Assembly: GCA_951812955.1 (NCBI GenBank)
Contig: OX638340.1
Coordinates: 224,001-288,000, forward strand
From: an uncultured Gemmatimonadota bacterium
Lineage (GTDB): Bacteria > JAAXHH01
Reading direction: 5' to 3'
DNA: 64,000 nucleotides
The first letter of the stretch is position 1; each line of letters begins with the position of its first letter. A program made the translations under genes and the position numbers. The notes below the pieces were generated by a model that saw nothing but the letters and a program-made list of their open reading frames with translations, was not told the origin of the DNA and made no database searches. This document shows positions 55,191 to 63,481 of this stretch, piece after piece.

Positions 55191-55284
55191 GGTTGGTGAG
55201 ATTCTGCTTGACGCATGAATCGGAAGCACGGAAATTACGCGGCGACTCCTCCATCGATTCTGTACCCCTGTTACGGGGGGCGTA

Positions 55285-56022
55285 TTGCATACCAGCGATC
55301 GCATAACGCAATCGGATTTCGAGTATCTCCGGCTGCAGGATACCGGGCCGGTGGGCATATCATTTTCCGATGTGTATCCCGATTACCATCCACAGGATCG
55401 CGTGGGGTTTGTTTGCCCCCGGCTGGAAGACGGTGTGCTCGGGCTGTGCGCTGCCGTCCTGGGCCTGGCGACCGGGTTCTACGATCGCCTCCGGTCGAAA
55501 GGGAACGAATTCTTCGACTATCCACTGCACCATGCCTTCATCGGAGGGAGTGAGGCGCGGGTACGCACGCGAAGCGGAGATCTGGACCTGTCCACCTGGG
55601 AGATGGGAAGCGCCTGGGGATGGCTGGACGTCTGGCCGGAGACCAACTGGCATCTCTGCCCGGCGACTCCGGAATGTATGCTCGAAGCGTTGTTTAGACA
55701 CCAGGTCAACCGGGTATGTTGGCCGGCTTCGTTCATGCCGGGTTCCGTAGAGAAACCGCTTTCGCATTACGCGTATAAGCTGTTGAGCGGCAGGCTGAAA
55801 TCAGTCTGGTATTACGACTGCGGGGACGGGAACCTGGAAGTCCGTGCATCGGGTTCCGCGGCGGACGTCATCCGGGAGAGCCTGGAACGTCTTCCCCAGG
55901 GTGCAGCGGTTAGGGACCACGCGTCGGAAATATCATTCGGTCCATGGATTGGTAACCATTTCAAAACAGTGAAACCCCAGGCATTTCTAGAAGATATGGC
56001 GGTCTGCTTCACTGATGATTGA
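55285..56022 (+). CDS. hypothetical protein, family not recognised
   Basis: 245-aa ORF with good coding periodicity, Trp- and Cys-containing, codirectional with its neighbours. No motif was identified by eye. Confidence 0.5.
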   Translation: MHTSDRITQSDFEYLRLQDTGPVGISFSDVYPDYHPQDRVGFVCPRLEDGVLGLCAAVLGLATGFYDRLRSKGNEFFDYPLHHAFIGGSEARVRTRSGDLDLSTWEMGSAWGWLDVWPETNWHLCPATPECMLEALFRHQVNRVCWPASFMPGSVEKPLSHYAYKLLSGRLKSVWYYDCGDGNLEVRASGSAADVIRESLERLPQGAAVRDHASEISFGPWIGNHFKTVKPQAFLEDMAVCFTDD

Positions 56023-56122
56023 ACCAGTGGCAGGACCTGAAATCAGATTTCGAACGAACTACAGAAGGCCTGTCATGATGACCGTCAGGACCGGCCGCTG
56101 TGCAAGAAAGGAGAAGTGATTC

Positions 56123-57523
56123 ATGGTGGACAGATCCTTCCTGTTCGATGACGACGCCATGCGCGACTTTATCGTAAACGGCTACCACGTGATCAACGTG
56201 GATCAGCCGGTTGCGCTCCACGACGGGATTTACGAGAAGACGAAGGCGATCATCGACGATGACGGGAATCCGGGAAACAACCTGTTGCCGCGTGTGCCCG
56301 AGATCCAACAGGTCTACGACGATCCTGCTGTTCAAGGCGCACTGACGAGCCTGCTCGGACCGGACTACGTCATGCACGCTCACCGCCACCCGCACGTAAA
56401 CCCGCCGAACAGCCGTGGAGGCAGCTGGCACAAGGACAGTTACTGGGGTTACACCAAGGTGCGGGATCACCATCCGCGGTGGATCATGGCCATGTACTAC
56501 CCCCAGGACACCCCGGTTGAAATCGGACCGACGGGGGTAATACCCGGCAGCCACTACTTCGAGTCCCGCGAAGAGACCGTAGGAGGGAACGGGTCGGTCC
56601 CAGATGGATTCCCCGCGAGCGGCAAGGCGGGAACCATTACCATCATACACTTCGACCTCTGGCACCGGGCGTTTCCGAACGCAACGGACAAGGTCCGCTA
56701 TATGATGAAATTCCAGTTTACGAGAATGTCAGAGCCGAACCGCCCCTGCTGGAACAATCAACGAGATGAAATCGACCTGGGCGACCTGTCGGACGATCCC
56801 CGGAGCGCCATGTGGCGGAACATGTGGCACTGGCTTGCCGGAAACGGCTCGGCGGGAGCCAGGCGGGAAGGCGAGGAACACGTCGAGGCGCTTGCCCGGG
56901 ACCTGACGCATGAACTCGAACAGAAGCGTTTGCACGCGGCCTATAACCTGGCCGAGTGCGGAGAATCCGCGCTTCCGCATTTCCTCGAAGCACTGCAACA
57001 CGAAAGGGATGAAGTCCGGCGTGAAGCGTGTTATGGACTAAGCGCGCTGGGTACCGCCGCCGTAGATCCGTTGGTCTCTCTGCTCGGACACGAGAACGAA
57101 CGCGTCAGGGGATACGCGGTTTACGCCCTTGGAGACATCCGGCACCACAACCCATCGGTTACGGGGCACCTCGCGGGTCATACAGACGACCCATCGCCTT
57201 TTGTCCGGCAGAACGTGGCCGATGCACTGGGCCAGATCAGGCTGGCTGCGGATTCGTCCGTTCCCGCGCTGATCGGTATGATGAAGGACGAGGATGAGCA
57301 GGTTCGGTCCAGAACCGCCTATGCGCTGGCCCGATTCGGAGTCGAGGCTCAGACGGCCGTTCAAGACCTTGCGGATGCGTGCTACGATGAAAACCGGTAT
57401 GTACAGGGGCATGCCGCCGTTGCCCTCGAACAGATCGGCACGCCAGAAGCCCTGCGCACGCTGCTGCACTGGCTGCAGGCCTCGCGGTGGTGTCCACTGA
57501 CGACGGCGAAGAGCACGTTTTAG
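56123..57523 (+). CDS. PhyH-like Fe(II)/2OG dioxygenase domain fused to a C-terminal HEAT (PBS-lyase-type) repeat domain
   Basis: N-terminal ~230 aa carry a PhyH-type facial triad (HKDSY ... HFDLWHRAF). The C-terminal ~200 aa contain at least five ~31-aa HEAT-like repeats (for example DEVRREACYGLSALG, NERVRGYAVYALGDI, SPFVRQNVADALGQI, DEQVRSRTAYALARFG, NRYVQGHAAVALEQIG). Confidence 0.7.
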   Translation: MVDRSFLFDDDAMRDFIVNGYHVINVDQPVALHDGIYEKTKAIIDDDGNPGNNLLPRVPEIQQVYDDPAVQGALTSLLGPDYVMHAHRHPHVNPPNSRGGSWHKDSYWGYTKVRDHHPRWIMAMYYPQDTPVEIGPTGVIPGSHYFESREETVGGNGSVPDGFPASGKAGTITIIHFDLWHRAFPNATDKVRYMMKFQFTRMSEPNRPCWNNQRDEIDLGDLSDDPRSAMWRNMWHWLAGNGSAGARREGEEHVEALARDLTHELEQKRLHAAYNLAECGESALPHFLEALQHERDEVRREACYGLSALGTAAVDPLVSLLGHENERVRGYAVYALGDIRHHNPSVTGHLAGHTDDPSPFVRQNVADALGQIRLAADSSVPALIGMMKDEDEQVRSRTAYALARFGVEAQTAVQDLADACYDENRYVQGHAAVALEQIGTPEALRTLLHWLQASRWCPLTTAKSTF

Positions 57524-57617
57524 CGGTCGGCACACCCCGATTTAATCCGTGGTCTTGCGCTGTCCATGCGGTCCGCCAGCCCATGCGGTCCGCCAGGTAC
57601 GAGTTCACTCCCGCCTG

Positions 57618-59588
57618 CTACCAGTCGTGTATCATGTGGCCCTGTCCGGGATAGAACAAGGCATCCACAAAGAACGACAGAACGATACCCAGCGTGTAAC
57701 CGAGCAGGACGCCAAGGAAGAACCGCTGACCCGTGCGGTAGGTGCTGGTCCCGACCTTCAGCAGAATGAACTTGGCGAGCCATGCGAGGAAGACGGACAG
57801 GATCGAGTCCCGGATATTGCTGGCGAAACAAATGGCGAAACCCACCGGGGCGAGGGGCCACCAGACCAGCCAGTGCCGGAGTTTCAGCAGCAACAGGAAG
57901 GTCGCCGCGCCAGCCGCCATGAACCAGGGCTCGTTCTGACCCAGGGACAGCGGGTTCTTCATCCAGGTTACGATCTCGTCGTAGTAGTTCTTGTTGAGCC
58001 CGTCGAACGCCCCGCCTCCGAAGTTATATGCTCCGATCGCATAGCCCGACTGTATCGAGTAAGCCAACGCCGTGACCATGCTGACGAGAAAGGTGGCGGC
58101 GAGTACGAGCAGCAACCCTTTCTTCCTCGGCCAGAATCCGTCCGCCAGGCGATCTGCCAGCACGACCGAACCCATACCCAGCCCGCGCCAGTTCCGCGCA
58201 TACGCGCTGGCCAGGCCCAGTGCCGTAAGACTTGGCGCCGATACGTTCCCTGAACCCAGGGACAGCACCGTGATCTGGTGCGCGTTCACGGGCAAATCGA
58301 GGAACACCACCCCTGTTTCGGCGATTACCTTTGTCGTGCCGAAGTATAGAATGAACAGAAATGCCAGGAACACCGCCATCACCGAAAACGCCAGGCCGGA
58401 CTGGTACAGCCATGCGCAGATAAATACGGATCCAAGCAGGAATCCGATCACGGCGGTCCTGTAGGACACGAGTTCCTTTGTATCGTCCAGTCCGGAGTCC
58501 CGCCCAATCGCTTTCTTGACTACGCCCGCCAGGTGCCGCCTGGCGGCCCAGAGACTGTAACCCACGTACACCAGGAATCCGCCGAAAAACTGTGCGTTGA
58601 CGCCGCCGCTGCCGCCGGGACCGCTGCTGGCCGTGTTGAGTCCTATGTAATTCAGTGCGCCGATTTCGAGCAGCCCCAGCATGAAGAAGACCCAGATGCT
58701 CAGCAGGATATCTACGTTGATAAAGTAGCCGAAGCCGAGCATGTAGGGGCTGATACGCAGGGGAATGGAGGGGAACATCGGACTCAATTGGAGCGGAGTC
58801 TCGAAGAAGGTGCCGACGGGGAGCTGCGGCACGATATGGGCGAAGGACACGATATTCCAGAGTGCGATGGCCAGCGCGAGGATGAACCCGATCTGGAACA
58901 GGCGGTCGTAGACGAGTCCTGGCCAGCGGCCGGGAGACTGGTCCCCGGCTATGAGTTCGAGGGGTACCTGGACGAGGGGAAAAGTTAGCCGCTCGTACTC
59001 CACCCACTGTTTTCTGAATATGGTAGCCACGCAGGCGCCGACGACGAATATCGCGACGAAAAAGCTCATCCACCAGGCGACGGGGATGATCCACGGGGAC
59101 CAGGGTATGGCGCCTCCCGGAGGCAGTCCTTCGTAAAACCACCCCATGGCGTTGTTCTGGTTGCTCGCCACGAGCCATTCCGGCAGAAAGGGGTGGAAGA
59201 GCTCCACCCACTGGTTTTCCGGCTGGGCGAAGTAAAAGGGCGTCGATATGATGGTCAGGAAGTACGACACGAAGGCCTTGCCGGGTATGAGGCTCGAAAT
59301 CAGCAGGATGCAGAAGATCAGCGCGAGTTCTCTGCCGGTGAATGCGGCCCGTTGGGACATACCGCGTACCAGGGGATTGTACACGAAGGTGACGAGCAGA
59401 AAGAGCGCCAGGGCGGAAATGGGCAGGTGGGCCACCGACATGCGGGACGTGTGCAGGATATAGGTCCCGTACGTCACCCAGATGTTGAGGATGATGGCCA
59501 GGACCAGTCCCGTGGCGAGTGACCTCGACGTGATCACGGAGGCTGGCGGGGATTCCCTTGTCGGTATATGCTTGGTTGTGTCAGTCAA
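57618..59588 (-). CDS. large polytopic membrane protein (656 aa, about 14 or more TM helices), family unknown. TTG start.
   Basis: Hydrophobic segments throughout, aromatic-rich, with a Gly-rich loop SSGPGGSGG. No transporter signature recognised. Confidence 0.6.
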   Translation of the reverse strand: MTDTTKHIPTRESPPASVITSRSLATGLVLAIILNIWVTYGTYILHTSRMSVAHLPISALALFLLVTFVYNPLVRGMSQRAAFTGRELALIFCILLISSLIPGKAFVSYFLTIISTPFYFAQPENQWVELFHPFLPEWLVASNQNNAMGWFYEGLPPGGAIPWSPWIIPVAWWMSFFVAIFVVGACVATIFRKQWVEYERLTFPLVQVPLELIAGDQSPGRWPGLVYDRLFQIGFILALAIALWNIVSFAHIVPQLPVGTFFETPLQLSPMFPSIPLRISPYMLGFGYFINVDILLSIWVFFMLGLLEIGALNYIGLNTASSGPGGSGGVNAQFFGGFLVYVGYSLWAARRHLAGVVKKAIGRDSGLDDTKELVSYRTAVIGFLLGSVFICAWLYQSGLAFSVMAVFLAFLFILYFGTTKVIAETGVVFLDLPVNAHQITVLSLGSGNVSAPSLTALGLASAYARNWRGLGMGSVVLADRLADGFWPRKKGLLLVLAATFLVSMVTALAYSIQSGYAIGAYNFGGGAFDGLNKNYYDEIVTWMKNPLSLGQNEPWFMAAGAATFLLLLKLRHWLVWWPLAPVGFAICFASNIRDSILSVFLAWLAKFILLKVGTSTYRTGQRFFLGVLLGYTLGIVLSFFVDALFYPGQGHMIHDW

Positions 59589-59620
59589 TCAGGTCTCGCA
59601 TCGGTCTATGGATACCGGAT

Positions 59621-59686
59621 CAGCAGGCCGTCGCGGCGTATGTCCTTGCGTCAGCAGGCCGTCGCGGCGTATGTCCTTGCGTCAGG
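59621..59686. repeat. tandem 2.1 x 31-bp direct repeat (cagcaggccgtcgcggcgtatgtccttgcgt)
   Basis: Copies at 59621-59651 and 59652-59682 are identical, and a partial third copy follows. The repeat abuts the sulfatase stop codon and lies upstream of the membrane-protein start. Confidence 0.9.
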
Positions 59687-61031
59687 CAGACTGGCGTTCC
59701 CGCCATTCGACCTCCATGGGATCGGGGATGGCGTAGGGTTTGACGCGTTGTTCGTGCAGCCACTCCGACAGGTAGTGATCCATGCGTTGCTGGATTTCCG
59801 GCCGTTCCAGGGCCAGGTTGTACGTCTGATTCGGGTCGTTACGCATATCATACAAGGCCACTGGATCGAACCGGTAACCGAAGTCGTCGTACGTCCTGAC
59901 CATGAGATGGCCGGGTGTCCGCACCGCCCGTTGCAACGTGTACAGGCCGTGACCCCAGACCAGGAAGTCGTGCAGGTGGCAGCGTCCGGTCGCGAGTCCT
60001 TCCGCGAAAGACCGGCCGTCATAGTATTCCGGTACTTCCCCGCCAATCAGGTCGATCAGCGTGGCGCTGAAATCTACATTGTATAGCAGGTCGTCACAAG
60101 AGGATCCTGGCGGCGTAGTCCCCGGCCACTTGATGATCAGCGGGACCCGGTGTATGCATTCGTCGGCGCAGACGTGATCCCCGTAGATGCCGTGCTCTCC
60201 CATGGCCTCGCCGTGATCCGCCGAGACGATGACCGCCGTGTCGTCCAGGCTGCCCAGGGCGTCCAGCACCTGCTCCACGTGATGGTCGGCGTACCGGATC
60301 TCCGCGTCGTATCCGGTCACCAGGTGATTCAGGTCGTCCGTGTTCCGGATGGCGTCCGGCATATTCGGCGTGGGACTGGGCCGGTTCTGGGGAAAGAGGT
60401 GGGACGCGGTGAACCAACCGTCGATGTCCTGGTGGCCGCGGATCGCTTCGTTGTCCGGCCAGCTCACCGCCGGCGGATGGGCCGTCATACGTTCGAACCG
60501 GTCGCGGGGGGCTTCGTAAACCCGGTGCGGGTCCCAGTAGTTGATGTACAGGAAGTAATCGTCCCGGTCGCCGTTCGCGGCGATCCATTTCAGTACGGCT
60601 TCGTTGACCTCGTCCGCCGTCTCGTCCCCCGTCTTCAGGTTGGGCGAATGGAACTCCGACCAGCCCAGCCCGAACCAGGTCGCGCAGTGCCGGGTGGGGA
60701 AGTTGGAGAAGCAGACCGTGTCGTAGCCGTGCTGGCGCAGCCGTCTTTGCACCAACTGGTTCCGCTCGTCGGGCCCGCCGTAGCGCTGCTCCAGGATGTG
60801 AAGCCTGGAAGCGGGACCGCCGTGGGTCACCACGCCGTTGTTGATCCCGAAACGGCCGGTTATCCAGCCGTGCCGCGAAGGCATGCAGGGAGAGTCTGCG
60901 CAGTAGTACCGGTCGAACCGCATCCCCTGCGCGGCGATTTCATCGATGGCGGGCGAGGTGGGCCGGCCGTAGCCGTAGCAACCCAGGTGGTCGGGCCTCA
61001 GACTGTCGATGTCGAAATAGACGATGCGCAA
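59682..61031 (-). CDS. Cys-type sulfatase (arylsulfatase family) without a signal peptide. TTG start.
   Basis: N-terminal sulfatase domain begins at residue 2 (RIVYFDIDSLRPDHLGCYG). The formylglycine motif is C-x-P-S-R-xxx-[LI]TGR (SPCMPSRHGWITGR). Confidence 0.8.
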   Translation of the reverse strand: MRIVYFDIDSLRPDHLGCYGYGRPTSPAIDEIAAQGMRFDRYYCADSPCMPSRHGWITGRFGINNGVVTHGGPASRLHILEQRYGGPDERNQLVQRRLRQHGYDTVCFSNFPTRHCATWFGLGWSEFHSPNLKTGDETADEVNEAVLKWIAANGDRDDYFLYINYWDPHRVYEAPRDRFERMTAHPPAVSWPDNEAIRGHQDIDGWFTASHLFPQNRPSPTPNMPDAIRNTDDLNHLVTGYDAEIRYADHHVEQVLDALGSLDDTAVIVSADHGEAMGEHGIYGDHVCADECIHRVPLIIKWPGTTPPGSSCDDLLYNVDFSATLIDLIGGEVPEYYDGRSFAEGLATGRCHLHDFLVWGHGLYTLQRAVRTPGHLMVRTYDDFGYRFDPVALYDMRNDPNQTYNLALERPEIQQRMDHYLSEWLHEQRVKPYAIPDPMEVEWRERQSA

Positions 61032-61070
61032 GGAGGATTACCGGAATCCTGTGTATATTGAGGGAGACCG

Positions 61071-62351
61071 CTACGCCGCAACGGCCTTGTCGATGATTAC
61101 CTTCATCTTGTCGCCGTGTTTGTGTCGGCTGGCGGCTTCGATGAGGGCTTCGATGGGCAGAAACCCGTTGTCCTGGAGCCAGTGGGCGATGGCGGCCAGT
61201 GCGGCGCCTTTCGGTCCGCCCGTCTTTCTGAAATCCCCGGTCACCACGTTGGACGGACCGGACTGATCGGGCGGATCGAGCGGACCGGGACTCCCTCCAA
61301 GCTCGGTACCAAGCTTCTCGTCCGCGATCACAAGGGTGTGGCCGCCGATGCGGGACTGCACCTTGTCCAGCCCATCCTGCGATATGACGATCATGATGTC
61401 GGGACAGTCGATCCCGGTGTAATGGATGGGGTCCCTGGAGAGGATGACTTCCGCGACGGAAAACCCCGTGCCGATCGTGATGGGGTAATCGCCCTTCTTG
61501 GTGGCGGACAGGCCGGCCGTAATGCCCGCGGTGGACAGCAGGTCACCCGCGGACTGAATGGCCTCACCGGCCGAACCGGCGACGATGATCTCCAGGCGGC
61601 CGTCCAGCGGCGCATCGCATGTGCGTTCGATTGGTTTCAATCCATCCAGCAGGGAGCGGCCGGTAGCCCGGTGCGGCATGCCAACCGCGCGACTGTTCCG
61701 CGTTACTACGCTCTCGTAGTCCGCCGTATCATGGAGTTCCTGTACTTTCCTCAATCCGTACGCAGGACACATCTCCACGATTTCGATGAGGGAGAATCCG
61801 GAGGTGGACAGGGCCTCCTTCCAAAGCTCTGACGTGTCCTTGCCGATGAACGTCCGTGCGGTGTACGCCGCGCCGGCGTTGTGCGCCAGGGCGCAGATGT
61901 CGTATCCTGGCACGGCCGATTCCGGGCGCTCCGGTTCTTTGAACTCGGTGGAGGACAGTCCACTGGTCTGTCCGCCCGTCATCCCGTATACCATGTTGTT
62001 CTGAACCACGAGGGTGAGATCCAGATTGTGCCGTGCCGCTTCGAGCAGGTGCTGCAGGCCGATCGTGGCGCCACCGTCGCCCTGCAGGGCGATGATCTTC
62101 TTCTCCGGATGCTCCAGTCCCATGCGGATGCCCATGGCCAGGGCGACCGCCCGGCCGTGGAGCCCGTGAATGGTGTGGCAGGTCAGGAGCGGATCAACGA
62201 GCCCCGTGCAGCCGATGTCGCTTACCACGATGACGTCGAGCGGGTCCACGTCCATGTCCGCGATCGCCTTGCTCATGGATTTGTTGGCGACGGTATGACC
62301 ACAGCCCGGGCAGTAGGGCATTTTCAGGTCATTCAGGATGGTTTCCTGCAT
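61071..62351 (-). CDS. 2-oxoacid:ferredoxin oxidoreductase beta (TPP-binding) subunit fused to a C-terminal gamma-like domain
   Basis: N-terminus matches KorB/PorB (YCPGCGH..., TPP motif GDGGATIGLQHL...NNMVYGMTGGQ). The C-terminal ~170 aa resemble the POR gamma-domain (PF01558-like: LEIIVAGSAGEAIQSAGDLL...). Confidence 0.7.
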   Translation of the reverse strand: MQETILNDLKMPYCPGCGHTVANKSMSKAIADMDVDPLDVIVVSDIGCTGLVDPLLTCHTIHGLHGRAVALAMGIRMGLEHPEKKIIALQGDGGATIGLQHLLEAARHNLDLTLVVQNNMVYGMTGGQTSGLSSTEFKEPERPESAVPGYDICALAHNAGAAYTARTFIGKDTSELWKEALSTSGFSLIEIVEMCPAYGLRKVQELHDTADYESVVTRNSRAVGMPHRATGRSLLDGLKPIERTCDAPLDGRLEIIVAGSAGEAIQSAGDLLSTAGITAGLSATKKGDYPITIGTGFSVAEVILSRDPIHYTGIDCPDIMIVISQDGLDKVQSRIGGHTLVIADEKLGTELGGSPGPLDPPDQSGPSNVVTGDFRKTGGPKGAALAAIAHWLQDNGFLPIEALIEAASRHKHGDKMKVIIDKAVAA

Positions 62352-63466
62352 TGCCTTACTCCTTCCGCGATCTCCTGCGGGGTGATCATATTGCCGATTT
62401 TGTTGACGCCGAATACCCGGCCGTCCTGACGGTTGCCAAAGAGCAGTTCCCGTAGCAGGCCGGAGATATTTTCTTCCACGACGACGATGTGCTCGTATGC
62501 ATCAAGCAACTCGTAGATACGCGGCGGTACCGGCAGCAGCGTTTTCATGACCAGGAGCGAAACGGAGTCGCCGCCCGAGCGGAGTGAACCGACCGCTTCC
62601 CTCGCGGCTTCCGCCGAGATGCCGTAGGTCAGGATGACCGTGTCGGCGTCCTCGGCCCGATCATGGTCGTAAAAGGTGTAATCATCGATACGCTGTTCGA
62701 TCTTGTTCTTGAGCCGTTCGGTATTGCCGAGGGCTTCGGGGCTGTTCTTCTGCGTAATACCTTCCATGTCATGGGTAGATGAATTCAGCCGGACCTGGTG
62801 CAGGTCGTTGCCCAGTGGCAGGAATGGCGGCGCCAGGTTCCCGTTGACCCCGTAAGTCTTGTACTCCCCATTTCCTTCGAACACGTGGCGTTCCGCCCGC
62901 TGCACTTCCCTCAAGCTGGAAATGTTCATGTTCTGGTTGGTCATGACCATTTCCTTCGAGGTCAATAACACCACCGGTGTGCGGAGGTTTACCGACGTAT
63001 GCACGCTGGCGGCCGCCATGTCCCAGCAATCGTTCAGGTTCGAGGGACAGAACACCGGAATCGAATACCCTCCGGAGATGCAACCCCTTAGGAGGAGCAG
63101 ATCCCCCTGGCCGCCCGTGGTGGCCGAACCGGTACTCGGCCCGAGGCGCTGGGCGAGGATAATGACCATGGGCAGTTCCATCATGAAGGACATGTTGATG
63201 GATTCGATCATCAGGGCGAAGCCTGGAAAGGCGGAGGCGGTGACAGGAAACACGCCCGAAGACGAAAAACCTGCGGACCACTGTAGCGCGGTGATCTCGT
63301 CCGGTGCTTCCAGGGCAATGGGGATGCGCTGTTTGGCGCCCGCGAAGAGCCAGTTGACGGGGGTGATGGGGTATCCGATGTAAGCGCCCACCCCGGCCCG
63401 GGCCATCGCTTCGATGATCAGTCTGGATCCGTCCAGAAAGACCATGCGTTCACCGTCAGCAGTCAT
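62333..63466 (-). CDS. 2-oxoacid:ferredoxin oxidoreductase alpha subunit
   Basis: Por-A domains I and II (LIIEAMARAGVGAYIGYPITP..., GFALMIESINMS, ILAQRLGPSTG). Its stop overlaps the start of the beta-gamma gene. Confidence 0.8.
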   Translation of the reverse strand: MTADGERMVFLDGSRLIIEAMARAGVGAYIGYPITPVNWLFAGAKQRIPIALEAPDEITALQWSAGFSSSGVFPVTASAFPGFALMIESINMSFMMELPMVIILAQRLGPSTGSATTGGQGDLLLLRGCISGGYSIPVFCPSNLNDCWDMAAASVHTSVNLRTPVVLLTSKEMVMTNQNMNISSLREVQRAERHVFEGNGEYKTYGVNGNLAPPFLPLGNDLHQVRLNSSTHDMEGITQKNSPEALGNTERLKNKIEQRIDDYTFYDHDRAEDADTVILTYGISAEAAREAVGSLRSGGDSVSLLVMKTLLPVPPRIYELLDAYEHIVVVEENISGLLRELLFGNRQDGRVFGVNKIGNMITPQEIAEGVRQCRKPS

Positions 63467-63481
63467 CGTCGTGTTCTCCGG

